Assembly (NCBI RefSeq): GCF_035594765.1
Contig: NC_085842.1
Coordinates: 133,499,036 to 133,563,035, forward strand
Direction of reading: 5' to 3'
DNA from: Anolis carolinensis
Lineage: Eukaryota
DNA length: 64,000 bases
The notes below the pieces were generated by a model. That model was given only the letters and a program-made list of their open reading frames with translations. It searched no databases and was not told the DNA's origin. Made by a program: the position numbers and the translations under genes. Below are positions 1 through 11,465 of this stretch, in pieces (position 1 is the stretch's first letter; each line of letters begins with the position of its first letter).

Positions 1-2143
1 AAAGGAGGGAATGTTTTAAAAACAGTTGAGTCTATGGTCAGAGAACCATAGGGAAAGTTAGTTTTTAGAGTCAGTGCCCTTATGAGGTACCGGGAGACTG
101 ATTCTGGTTGAGGGATCAGGGTGGCTCAAATGTTTGATTTTTGAGTCAAAGATTTTTTGAGTCAAACAATATAACTGGTGGCAACGGATATAAAATATAT
201 ATAATAATTAATTAATAAAAACAACCTCCATCTCCACATCTCCCCAATTGGTGTCAGAGGTGGGATTAAAAAGTTTCCCCCCCTGCCTGAAAGGAACCTC
301 AGTCGTTCATAGCTCTTTACAGTTTGGTGGCAGCGGTGGGATTAAAAGGTTTTCCCCCTTGCCTGAAAGAACCTCAGCTGGTCATAGATCTTTACAGTAT
401 TCTAAAAAAAATTTTTGTTCCATCAATTCTTGATTCATTTCTAATTTTTGATTCTTTAACTCCACATTTTCCATCTTAGTTTGAATTTTGGTTTGTATTT
501 TCTCTTGTTTTTGTTTATCTTGTTTGATTTCTTGGATTTCCTGTTGTAAATTATTAATATTTTTTTTCATATCCCCCAATTCTTCAGTAATCTCATTCTT
601 CATAGTTAACATCTGGTCCTGAAACATCTTTTGGTATGCATCTTGTTTTTCTGCCATTTTTTGAATTTCCTTCATAACATCCTTCATTTCCTTCATAATA
701 TCTTTAAGGCTAATATCATCTGAAAGTGAGAATCTTCTTTGCATCCCTTTGTGATCTTTAATTTCTTTATCCATCTTGAATCTAAATGTAGACATTATAT
801 TCCAATTTGCGCAATCCAATCTTATTGTTAGGTTTTCTCCCTATGATATGGTCTTTTTAACTTCTCTTGTTGCTTTTTTTGTCTGCCTTTTATCTTATTT
901 TTGTTCTTGTTCTCTCATCGTCTGTCTAAACTCCCTTCTTATCCTTCAGGTTCTCCCCGTCCTGATCCTGGTCTTCTCGCCACCCGCCATAGTCCTAGTT
1001 CTCTTTCCGTCTTCCTCGATCAGGTTCTCTGGTTCTCCTGGTTCACTCTCCCTGCAGTCATCACTTTAATTCTTCAACTTGTCACGTTCCACCTCCTGGT
1101 TTTCTTTTTTGCCCGCCTCGTTCTGATCCTGGTCCTCCCGTCGCTTTCTCGTCCTATTTGTAACTCTCGTCCTCCTGATCTTCCCCCTGCCATGATCCTC
1201 TCTTTATTTCTTCTCTTTTCTGGCTACCTTTCCTGTTTTCTATATCTCCGTTTCTCTAGCTTCAAATTTATGTCGCTATATCGTCACGTCCTTCTCTTGT
1301 GTCGTCTCTTCCTGATTATAGCTCTACTTTCGCCATGCTCCATGTTCACTTCTCTTTGTTTTTTTTTTGTTTTTTTGCTTCTATAGTCCTTCCGTCACTT
1401 CCCTTTGCAGGTGCCTTCTCTATCCCACTCTTTCCGGCTTTTCTATGGTTTCAGTGGTACTCCGGAGGGAGGAGGTTTCTTCCAGCACTTGCTTCAGTGG
1501 GCGTTACTTCCTCTCGCCTGAGTAGATACCGCATGGCTGTATTTTGTTTGGAAGATCTCCCAAAGTAGACACAACAATATATCTCCCAAGGTCAGTCTTC
1601 CTTTAATGAGTCTGTTCAAATTTCTTTCCTTGTTTCCTTTGTTTCAAATCACCAATTTTTAAAATATATCAAAGCATGAAATACACACCCTCCTGTTTCC
1701 TTTCCATGATCTATTTTCCTCTTTCCTTTATAATTTGTATATAATACACAAAGTCCCGGATTTTTCAATTTTAAAAAAAAATTCTAGGGTAAGTCCACTT
1801 AATGCTCTAGGATAATGGATTTTCTTATCATACCTTTCTTCAAACCTCAGCTTCAGTTCTTTCTTGATGTTAAAATTTGGGTGAGTTTTGACAGTATTCC
1901 CAGATGCTTTGCAGTCTGGTTCACCTCGCCGCGACCCACACACCCTACGGGCCACCAGTCTGGGCCTTTTGTCCCCCACCCTTGAGGGGTAAAGGTCTTA
2001 AGACCTTCGGTTGGAAGCCCTATGAGTTTGGCAGTCTCCCTGGCCTTGATCCGTCAGGGAGAGGGAGCTCCGCACTCTCCCCAGTTGCTTTTGCTCAGCT
2101 GGCTCCTCGAGAGTCTCAAGGACATCTCGCCAAACTGGAAGTC
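1..2143 (-). mobile_element. L1-type LINE, 5' part (5'UTR, decayed ORF1, downstream spacer), probably running off the window start
   Basis: Minus strand starts GACTTCCAGTTTGGCG at 2143, an L1-like 5' end. The sense strand is A-rich. ORF 382..819 encodes a heptad coiled coil (MKNEITEELGDMKKNINNLQQEIQEIKQ...) typical of L1 ORF1p. Confidence 0.6.
382..819 (-). pseudogene. L1 ORF1p coiled-coil fragment
   Basis: 145-aa K/E/Q/M-rich heptad ORF. No RRM or CTD is visible after the coiled coil. Confidence 0.55.
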
Positions 2144-2149
2144 ACTGTG

Positions 2150-2286
2150 AATTGCATTTTTATGTAACTTTCATTTTAATTGTGATGTTGGGCTTTGCCC
2201 CATATGAGCCATCCCGGGTCCCCTTGGGGAGATGGTAGTGGGATATAAAAAATAAAGTTGTTATTATTATTATTATTATTATTATT
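2150..2286 (+). mobile_element. L2/CR1-clade LINE 3' tail ending in (TTA)n
   Basis: gagccatcccgggtccccttggggagatggtagtgggatataaaaataaag followed by (tta)n. The same tail recurs at ~3960-4065 and ~54385-54470. Confidence 0.65.
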
Positions 2287-2818
2287 GACACAAAGGCATA
2301 GTATGATGCAGAAAATGAGATATATATGCTGGATTTCATATCACAAAATCACAAGTCGAACACTTCCCAAGTGTTTAGGACTGTGATGTATTTTTGGATG
2401 ATGCGTGCAGATCCCAATAAGGTGGCCTTTTGCAGTTGACAGATTGTAATTTTGTTAACGTTTATTGTTTCCAAATGCTTGCTGAGATCTTTTGGCACTG
2501 GGACCACCTATACTGGTTTATGCCAGAGCCTTTGCAATTCGATTTTGAAGTCCTGATAATAGCTGAGTTTTTCCTGTTGTTTTTCGTCAATTCAACTGTC
2601 ACCTGCTATGGCGAAATCAATAATCCAAACTTTTTTCTTTTCCACAACCGTGATGTCTGGCAGTTGTGTTCTAAAACTTTGTCAGTCTGGATTCGAAAGT
2701 CCCACAGTATTTTTGCGTGTTCATTTTCCACTACCTTTGAAGGTTTGCGAACCCACCAGTTCTTTACTGCTGGGAGGTAGTACTTGTGGCATAAATTCCA
2801 ATGAATCATTTGGGCCAC

Positions 2819-2820
<2 letters not shown>
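2287..2820 (-). mobile_element. Dong/R4-clade non-LTR retrotransposon 3' fragment (restriction-like endonuclease region)
   Basis: Minus translation gives VAQMIHWNLCHKY...KVVENEHAKILWDFRIQTDKVLEHN, then KITICQLQKATLLGSARII. Flanked by TAA-type microsatellites. Confidence 0.8.

Positions 2821-2869
<49 letters not shown>
2821..2869. repeat. (AAT)n microsatellite
   Basis: Direct reading. Confidence 0.95.
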
Positions 2870-3774
2870 TAAATGATGAGGGTATAAGAATGCTGGTGCT
2901 TTTAACAATAATGAGATATGAGCAGCTGTGACTGACAACAACCTCCTAGCAGGTGTCATGGCTGATGTAATCTGATGGAAAGCAGCCAAAAGCCAACATC
3001 CAGTTTTACACAGTTTGTGTACATTATTTCCAAGTGGACCAGGATTGTCCAGGATTGTCTAAACAAGCATCTTTGTTTTGGATGGATAACATAAACAATG
3101 AATTGTCAGCACCTTTGTTTTGATTAGCCTAGATGAGATAGAGAGAGAATAAAATTTACCAAGGTATTGCTAGCACATTAGACTACTTTGCAGTCTGCAC
3201 CAGTGAAGAATGCTATTCAGGACAGCAGTACTGTTCTTGATACTTGATACTTTCCAGACATTCTGGAGACAGACTGTGCTGATAAGAGAACAATAGGACA
3301 AGTAAGAAAAACACATAGGCTTATGCTAGAATAGATATAGATGTGACTCATGAATATTGTATTAGATTTCTTTTAAGACACTTTGAAATATAATAGATGC
3401 TCAAAGATATCAATTCCTTTGATGCGTGTGTGTTTATAGATGTATGTTTAGAGATGTGTAGTGTCTCAACAGATGAGATTGTTTTCCTTAACTGAAAGAT
3501 TGTTATGGATATGATAGAAGGGACAGAATTCTGTACATGTGAAAACTAACAGCTATTATGGAAAAGAGAGAAATGATGCTGCTGATGCTGATGATAATGT
3601 AGGATATATAACTACTAAGAAGTATGTCAAGAGATTACTCCTGACATTTATCCTGTTCCTTGCAAAGCAACAAAATGAATAATACTAATACTACTACTAC
3701 TGCTACTACTACTACTAATAATAATAAAACTATTACCTGCCTCTCTTTGCAGCTCAAGGTAGAGTATAACATTG

Positions 3775-4015
3775 TTCACTGTGGTTTTTATTTTTTATGT
3801 CTTTCTCACCCGAGTTTTAACTTAATGTTCATGTGGTCTGCCCTTGTTTTCATTGTCTCCTTGTTTTATTTTGTAATGGATATTATTTACTGTATTGCTT
3901 ATTGTGCTGTGCGGTGCTGTTTTTTTATATGCTGTTTACATTGTATTGTTTTGGGCATGGCCCCATGTAAGCCGCCCCGAGTCCCCGTTGGGGAGATGGT
4001 GGCGGGATATAAATA

Positions 4016-4065
<50 letters not shown>
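3775..4065 (+). mobile_element. L2-type LINE 3'UTR and (TTA)n tail
   Basis: T-rich UTR, then gtaagccgccccgagtccccgttggggagatggtggcgggatataaataaag and (tta)n. Confidence 0.65.
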
Positions 4066-4066
<1 letters not shown>

Positions 4067-4069
4067 AAC

Positions 4070-5370
4070 AAAGAGATAAAAGACTAGTTAAATATAAGGT
4101 GCACATAGTTAAAATGTAGGTTAAAATTAACTGATAAATGCAGGTAAAATTCACAAGCTAGACTTGCCGGAAGAGATGGGTTTTCAGTTGCATCTTAAAT
4201 TCTGACAGCTGATTTAGCTGTCTGAGTTCTTTCAGCAAGTCATTCCACAGTCTTGGGATGGCCAATAAAAATGTCCTCTGGGTGACAGTTGCCAGTCATG
4301 TTCTGGCTAGCTAGAGTAAGCATCTGCCAGAGTGTCTGGGGCAGATTGTACAGGAGAAGGAGATCCTGTAGGTAGTCAGGACCCAAACCATGTAGAGATA
4401 TAAAGGCTATAATCAACACTTTTTACTTGGCCTGGAAATTAATTGGCAACCAGTGGAATGACTATAGTATAGGTGTGATGTGCTCACATCTATATGTTCC
4501 AATAAGTAATCTGGCTGCCATGTCTTGAACTGGAGATTTGAACTTGGAACAGAGGTAGTCCAATGGGAAACACATTGCAGAAGTTCAACATTGAGGTTAC
4601 CAGCACATCTTTAGGTCCTCTGATTCTAAGAAGGGATGCAGCTGGCATATTAGTCAAAACTGCTAGTAAACACTTCTGACCATCGCATTCACCTGGATTG
4701 ACATTTGGAGAGACAGATCCAGGAGCACTCCCAAATTATGGACACAGTCTTCGGGGGAATATAACCCCACCCAGAACTGGTTGACACACTTCCATCCCCA
4801 GATTAAGATCCTGTTTTGTCTGGAATCAGTATCAATTAGTTTTCCTCATCCAGCCCATTATCTCCTCCAAGCATTCATTCAGCGGAGACACACTATCCTT
4901 TCGCTGAGGCTGTTTTTGAAGGCATGGAGAAATATATTTGGGTGCCATCAGCATAGTGATAACACCCCACCCCATGTCTATGGATGATCTTTCCCAGAGG
5001 TTTCATGTAAATCTTTAAAAATATTGAGGATAGAATGATAACTTGTGGGATGCCATATAACAGCTCCTTTTTTGAGGATCAGCTATCCCCAAGCACCACC
5101 ATCTGGAAAAGTGCCTGAGAGGTATGACAGGAACCACAGCAGCACAGTGCCTCCGATTCCCAAATTGTTCCAGAGGGATACCCTGGTTGATGGTACTGAA
5201 GGCCGCTGAGAGGTCTAGTAGCACCAACAGGGACATACTCCTCCTGTTGGTGTTAAGACAGAGATCATCCACTAAGGCGGCCATAGCATTCTCAACACTG
5301 TATCCTGCTCTGAAGCTGGTTTGAAATGGGTCAAGGAAGCGTGTGCCATCCAAGATTCCCTGGAGATGTA
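4070..5370 (-). mobile_element. Decayed L2-clade LINE (RT and C-terminal region)
   Basis: ORF 5015..5353 contains LDPFQTSFRAGYSVENAMAALVDDL...LLVLLDLSAAFSTI, matching L2/CR1 RT motifs. Confidence 0.8.
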
Positions 5371-6459
5371 AGGTGACTTAAAGCCTAATGGAAAAAGCAG
5401 TGCACAGTCTTTCATGAGCAGTTTCTTTGTGACACATAATTTCAGATTTCTGGATGTGCCACAAAAATTGCTAGGCTTTCTTAACCTATTTGCTATTAAT
5501 CTGTTGACATTTAAGTCTATGATGGAGGCAGTGTTTAGCACTTTACATGGCTGTTAAAACATTCAGTGCAGATTCACTGACTCACTAGCTTCCACTTGGG
5601 GCCATTTTTGTAGTCACCCGAAAAATAAGAACTGAAACTACAGGGAGAAGGTCTCTTAATCCTCTTTTTTATCCACTTAGTATGGAATATTTACTTTTAA
5701 ATAGTTCTTCTCTGTATTCTTCTCTGTTTGAAAGGAATGATAGAAACAGAAAGCTAAGCACCAAAGAAACACCAACAAAGTTTACTGAAAAGTGTCTGGG
5801 AAGCCTGGAAATCACCCAGACCAGATCCTTCCAGTAATATTTGCCAGGGCTGAAAAGCTGGGTGGTGGTGGGTAGAAAGTGATTTGTATAGTACTTGGAA
5901 CGATTTATGGAGTTTGTTGGCAGATCAAAGATTGTTTGGGGTTGATGCATTATTCCAGCTGCCTGCATAAAGGTCTCCTGTCTGTTGCTATGATAGTCCA
6001 CTAATACACTGGACACTCAACTATTTTATAGCAGCAGTCTTTAATAATGCAGGATTGTAAATTTGACTTTTGTTAACTTTGTGAATTGTTATGGATGGGG
6101 GGGGGGGAGTGAAATTCAGGCTAAGTTGTTGCCAGGTCTGCTTTTTAACATTCCAAGCAGTGGGTTCCTAAGAGGCTTAGTGTGTTTTTGATTTGTTTTA
6201 ATACTTCAAGGACAGGCAAAGCTGACTTGTTTTCCTTCGTGTATTAATGGTGACTTTACCCCACATATTGTCAGATACTGGTTTTCAAATGGAACATGCC
6301 CAAATGATGCCATCCATGAGTCCATTGAACTAAATACATGTCAGTCTCTTTTGCACTGTGGCAAGAGTCCTAGAAAAAAGCAGAATTGCATTCCAAAAAA
6401 CCTCAGTCCATTGCACAACTATCTCCCTGCTCTCTGAGGAAGGACACCTTTATACCGGT

Positions 6460-7210
6460 ATTCAACAGGGACAAATGCAAGATACTCCACTTAGAAAAAA
6501 TTAAATGCAAAGATACAGAATGGGAGATGCCTGGTTCGACAGCAGTACGTGTGAAAAGATCCTCATGGACAACAAGTTAAATATGAGCTAACAATGCGAT
6601 GCGGCAGCTAAAAAAGCCAACAGGATTTTGGCCTGCATCAATAGGGGTATAGTGTCTCGATCTAGGGAAGTCATACTACTCCTCTATTCTGCCTTGGTCA
6701 GACCATACCTGGAATACTGTGTCCAGTTCTAGGCACTGCAATTGAAGGGAGATGTTGACAAGCTGGAAAGTGTCCAGAGGAGGGTGACTAAAATGATCAA
6801 TGGTCTGGAGAACAAGCCCTATGAGGAGCGGCTTAAAGAGCTGGGCATGTCTAGCCTGCAGAAGAGAAGGCTGAGAGGAGACATGATGACCATGTATAAA
6901 TATGTGAGGGGAAGTCATAGGGAGGAGGGAGCAAGTTTGTTTTCTGCTGCCCTGCAGACGAGGACATGGAACAAATTACAGGAAATGAGATTCCACCTGA
7001 GCATCAGGAAGAACTTCCTCACTGTGAGGGCTGTTTGGCAGTGGAACTCTCTCCCACAGAGTGTTGTGGTGGCTTCTTCTTTGGAGGCTTTAAAGCAGAG
7101 GCTGGATGGCCATCTGTCGAGGGCACTTTGAATGCGATTTTCCTGTTTCTTGGCATGGAGTTGGACTGAATGGCCCATGAGGTCTCTTCCAACTCTATGA
7201 TTCTATAATT
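6460..7210 (+). mobile_element. CR1 LINE 3' fragment
   Basis: FNRDKCKILHL and KLESVQRRVTKMINGLENKPYEERLKELG...KRRLRGDM (CR1 ORF2 C-terminus); tail aactctatgattctata. Confidence 0.9.
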
Positions 7211-9800
7211 ATATTCAATCAAATTTTTACCCTTCGTGACAAAGAACAGTTTAATCAGGAATATTTTTTAAGCTTTAACATTTTATTTCTTTTACATTTC
7301 TTTATTTTACCTGCTGTCATTCAGAGCCTCCCTGCAAAATCATGGGAACGATCACTGTCTGTATGTCTCCAGCCCTTGTTGCTCTTTTGCCTTTGAAAAC
7401 ATCCATCAAGGCATCTTGCTGTTCTACAGCATTTTGACTCATCTTACATTACTACTCACTTCCAGCAGTGAAAACACTGTGTCCAGAAAATATCTTTGAG
7501 TAGTATAGAACCTTTCATTTGGCATGGTGATTTCCACTGTTATTTCCATTTTTGTTCTGTTCTTTGGGCTGTTCCACAGATCATGTTTTTTACCAGATGC
7601 ATAGAAAATTGTTCACTGCAGAAGTGTCAACATATTACAGTCTTGGCCCAGTGTTTTTTGTCATGTATTGCAAGAGTCTTTTTTCCTAACTAGGTACACT
7701 TGAGACATATTGGACAACAGCCATCTCAAGCCAGCATTGCCTCCCTCTACAGCAATCAGTTATATGATATTAGGTTTCATACTTTTACCCAAAAGGCAAT
7801 ATATCTGAAAGCTATTACTGACTTTTATAAATCTATGATTGTTGGCAGCTTGTTCCCTACTTGCCTGCCCAGTGAAGAACTGGTCCTGCTTCAAGCTGTT
7901 GTGAGAGGGGCGATGAAAGAGATTACAATTTGCTAGAATTTTCTAGATAGTAGACCCCCTAATGTGTGTTCTGACTATTCAATAACCCTTTATAACTACT
8001 GACTGGAAAATATCAGTTGAATCTATCTTGTCTATGGGGCATGGAGCAATTGTTGAGTAGCTATCTGTGTAAATGACAAAAGCACCTCAATTAAGTCATT
8101 GATAGCAATGCCTTCCATAAATTTAGGGGAATCTCTTTATGGCCTCCAGGCCCAGTACCATTGGGATTTGGGCAATTGTGAAGATTTTGTGATTTCAACC
8201 AGCTTCGTGTGCTTGGAAGCTGGATTATATTTGGTAAAAAGTGACTGTAGGTGGCATGATAAGCCAATAAAATGTCTCAGTGACCACTATTTTTTGGGAA
8301 TGTGTTCTTCCTATTTCTTTGTGACTGAGGTTAGCTGGGATACAACTGCCACATTTAAATGGGAATTTGGTTACATCTCAGCTCATCAAATTGTCTATAT
8401 TTTTGAAAGAGGTGATTCCCCTCCCCATTTTTTTTCTGGTCATGCATGGTAAAATAGACAAAAGTCTATGTAAGGGTGACCCTCTGGAAGGGCCAAATTG
8501 GGTTTGGTCTGACTGGACAGACTTAATTCTCACTGCTTTAGTGGCTTGGGGACAATGAGAGAAAAAGTTTAGCTGAATCTAGTTCCTTGCAAAGCAGCAA
8601 GGTACCAGACTAGCTCTGGATTTAAGTAAGCATGTAAACGAGTCCTATGATTCCCAGAACCACTAGACAACATGGCCATTGGGTTATTTTCTGGGAACCG
8701 CAGTGTAGAAGACTAATACTTCCAAATTCTAGAGATGACACAGTAACACTGCTCATTTGGCAGTCTGATGGTTTGTCTTTAAGCATGATTAAAGCACCAT
8801 TAAGAAGAGATGGCGAGAACAACTTTAAGACTCCTAGCATCACAAGAAGAAACTCAAAATGTCTAATGTCACCTCAAAATGTCTAATGTTGTTCCAATGG
8901 AGGATGTTAATTACTGCTGGTATAAATCTCTATGCTGGTACTGTGAAGCATGAGGAGAAAAAGTCATTCTTTGATTAGAAGAAATACATGTTGCTTACCT
9001 CTAACTGGAGTTCTTCAATTAAATTCATACAAATGAGGTTTGCATCTGAGCCTCTCATATAGCATGCCAAAAGTGAGCTATAAGGAGGAGGTTACTCTAA
9101 GGAAAAACTGTGAAGAAAACCAGAAAATGTAAGATCAGAAAGCAAAAAGCTAGTCTTCCCTATATTGTCTTGGTCATAAATAACTCTTGCTGTTTAGATA
9201 TTGAACAATCTGAGAAACATATTTGGAACATAGATATTTGAAAACATTGGGAAAAGTACAGATTTGTTAGATTATGGTTGTTGTGGTTGCATGCCACCAA
9301 GTCATTTCTGACTTACGATGACCCTAAGGTGACTCTATCACAGGGTTTTCTTGGCAGAATAATAATAATCATAATCATAATCATAATAACACTTTATTTC
9401 TAGATCACCCTCTCTCCCCATAGGGACTCAGGGCAGTTAACAGATACATGTAAAACAGGCACAAAACTTATCACAAAACTTATCACAAAAATTAAAAATT
9501 AAACACAATAAGTACAAATACTTAAATAAAACATGCTTACACTAATATAACTGCACAAAACATATATCCTAAAGCAAAAACTACTAGAATTTAAAAAGTG
9601 CCTAACATCCATTGTAATATCAGTAGAAGCCATAGTAGCCATAAAGTGCTAACCATAGCAGCCATAAAGTGCTAATTTATTCAGAGGGTGCATTGGACCT
9701 TAATTCAAGGGAAAACTTCTACAAGATTGTGCACTGCTGGCATCTAAAATGCTTCCAATTCTCTTGAAGCTATGTTGGCACAGTAGAAACGTAAGTGGAA

Positions 9801-9803
<3 letters not shown>

Positions 9804-9836
<33 letters not shown>

Positions 9837-10380
9837 AGGTACACAAAAAGATTAGTACACAGCAAACAAGATCACTATGCTAGCTGTTGTATTGGATCAC
9901 ACGATCCCAAGTGTCTAGAACTATTTGATGTATCAGCGAATAATGCGTGCAGATCTGAGTAGAGTGGCCTTTTGCAGCTGACATATGGTAATTTTGTCAG
10001 CGCCAATTGTTTTTAAGTGTTGGCCAAGATCTTTAGGCACTGCAACCAGTGTGCCGATCACCACTGGGACTGCCTTTACTTTCTTGTGCCAGAGTCTTTG
10101 CAGTTTGACCTTTAAATCCTCGTGTTGCGTAAGTTTTTCCAGTTGCTTCTCGTCAATTCTGCTGTCATCTGGGATTACAACATTGATGATCCATACTTTG
10201 TTTTTTAACATGATTGTGAGTTCAGATGTACTGTGCTCCAAAACTCTGTCAGTCTGAATTCTGTAGTTTCATGTGTTCATTTTCTGTAGCTTTTTCATGG
10301 TTGTGATCCCACCAGTTCTTTGTCACAGGCAGATGGTATTTGTGGCACATGTTCCAAAGGATCATCTGAGCAACGGTATT
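9804..10380 (-). mobile_element. Dong/R4-clade 3' fragment with (AAC)n tail
   Basis: NTVAQMILWNMCHKYHLP... and VWIINVVIPDDSRIDEKQLEKL...KITICQLQKATLL. Homologous to 2287-2820. Confidence 0.8.
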
Positions 10381-10512
10381 NNNNNNNNNNNNNNNNNNNN
10401 NNNNNNNNNNNNNNNNNNNNNNNNNNNNNNNNNNNNNNNNNNNNNNNNNNNNNNNNNNNNNNNNNNNNNNNNNNNNNNNNNNNNNNNNNNNNNNNNNNNN
10501 NNNNNNNNNNNN
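10381..10512. other. Assembly gap
   Basis: Run of N. Confidence 1.
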
Positions 10513-11379
10513 TCCCAAGGAGGACTCAAAAGTGGCTTGACATAAAAGCATTAGCATACAATTTAAAATATACAAATATACAAACAGCATACGTTTGCAT
10601 ATGTTGCTGGTACTACAGTAAAACAATATTCGACCATTATTGAAACTATCATTAAGAGAATTATAGGCCTTGATTTGCAAGTGAATTCACTCACTATATT
10701 GTGAGACAGTATTTTAAATCAGATATGAAAAAGTGACAAGCAAGACCTGCTGAAATTTCCTCTTCTACACAACTATGATGGGGACAGGAATCCATATTTA
10801 TTTCACCTGGAATCGTAATTGATATTGTACATATTCATTGCCACATGGATGCCATTAATTAAAGTATGTTGACTGGCATTCAATTAATGGGGGGACTACT
10901 AGGGAAGGGTATGACATTACGTATAATTACATATAATTACCGCTCTTAAACAAATGGCTAATCAAATTCTATTCAAACTTTTCAGTAGAGTTTTCAGTAC
11001 AGTTGATGCTTCTTAATAACTAGAGGATGATTTACAAAACCATCTGTATACAAAACACATGTCCTCTGCTTCAGCCCTCTTTGTTGGTTTTTATATTTCT
11101 GTCTGAAAAGCTAAGGATTGGCTCTGCTAACGCTTCCAGGTCTTTGAGCTGTTATTGTATAGGCAATTGATTTTAAAAAGCACAGTCATTCTGGGGCAAT
11201 GTTAAATGTATTACATGATGTCAGTCTTCACTCAAAGTTTGAGCATTGGACTAGTTCATTAGATGACCCTAGGTGAGGCACGCATTTTCAGCCCAAAAAG
11301 TCCTATGTCATCTTAGACTCACAGTAACTCAGAAACAGAGACACACAACAAGTCTTCAAACCTTTCAAACACAAGATGC

Positions 11380-11465
11380 ACACATTGCTCAGATACAGCC
11401 CAAAAAACCCACAGCAACCCAGTGATTCCAGCCATGAAAGCCTTCAACAACACATTGCTCAGATA
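11380..11465 (+). mobile_element. Tiny Penelope-like terminal fragment with 16-bp TSD
   Basis: acacattgctcagata at 11380-11395 and 11450-11465 flanks cagcccaaaaaacccacagcaacccagtgattccagccatgaaagccttc. Confidence 0.55.

Noticed and set aside
2606-4154. ORFs with poly-Y, poly-N, poly-L or poly-T tracts
   Set aside because: Translations of TAA/TAC microsatellites.
8985-9040. DIRS-like terminal motif (ttgcttacctctaactggagttcttc)
   Set aside because: Too short and decayed; no matching other end or coding remnant seen.
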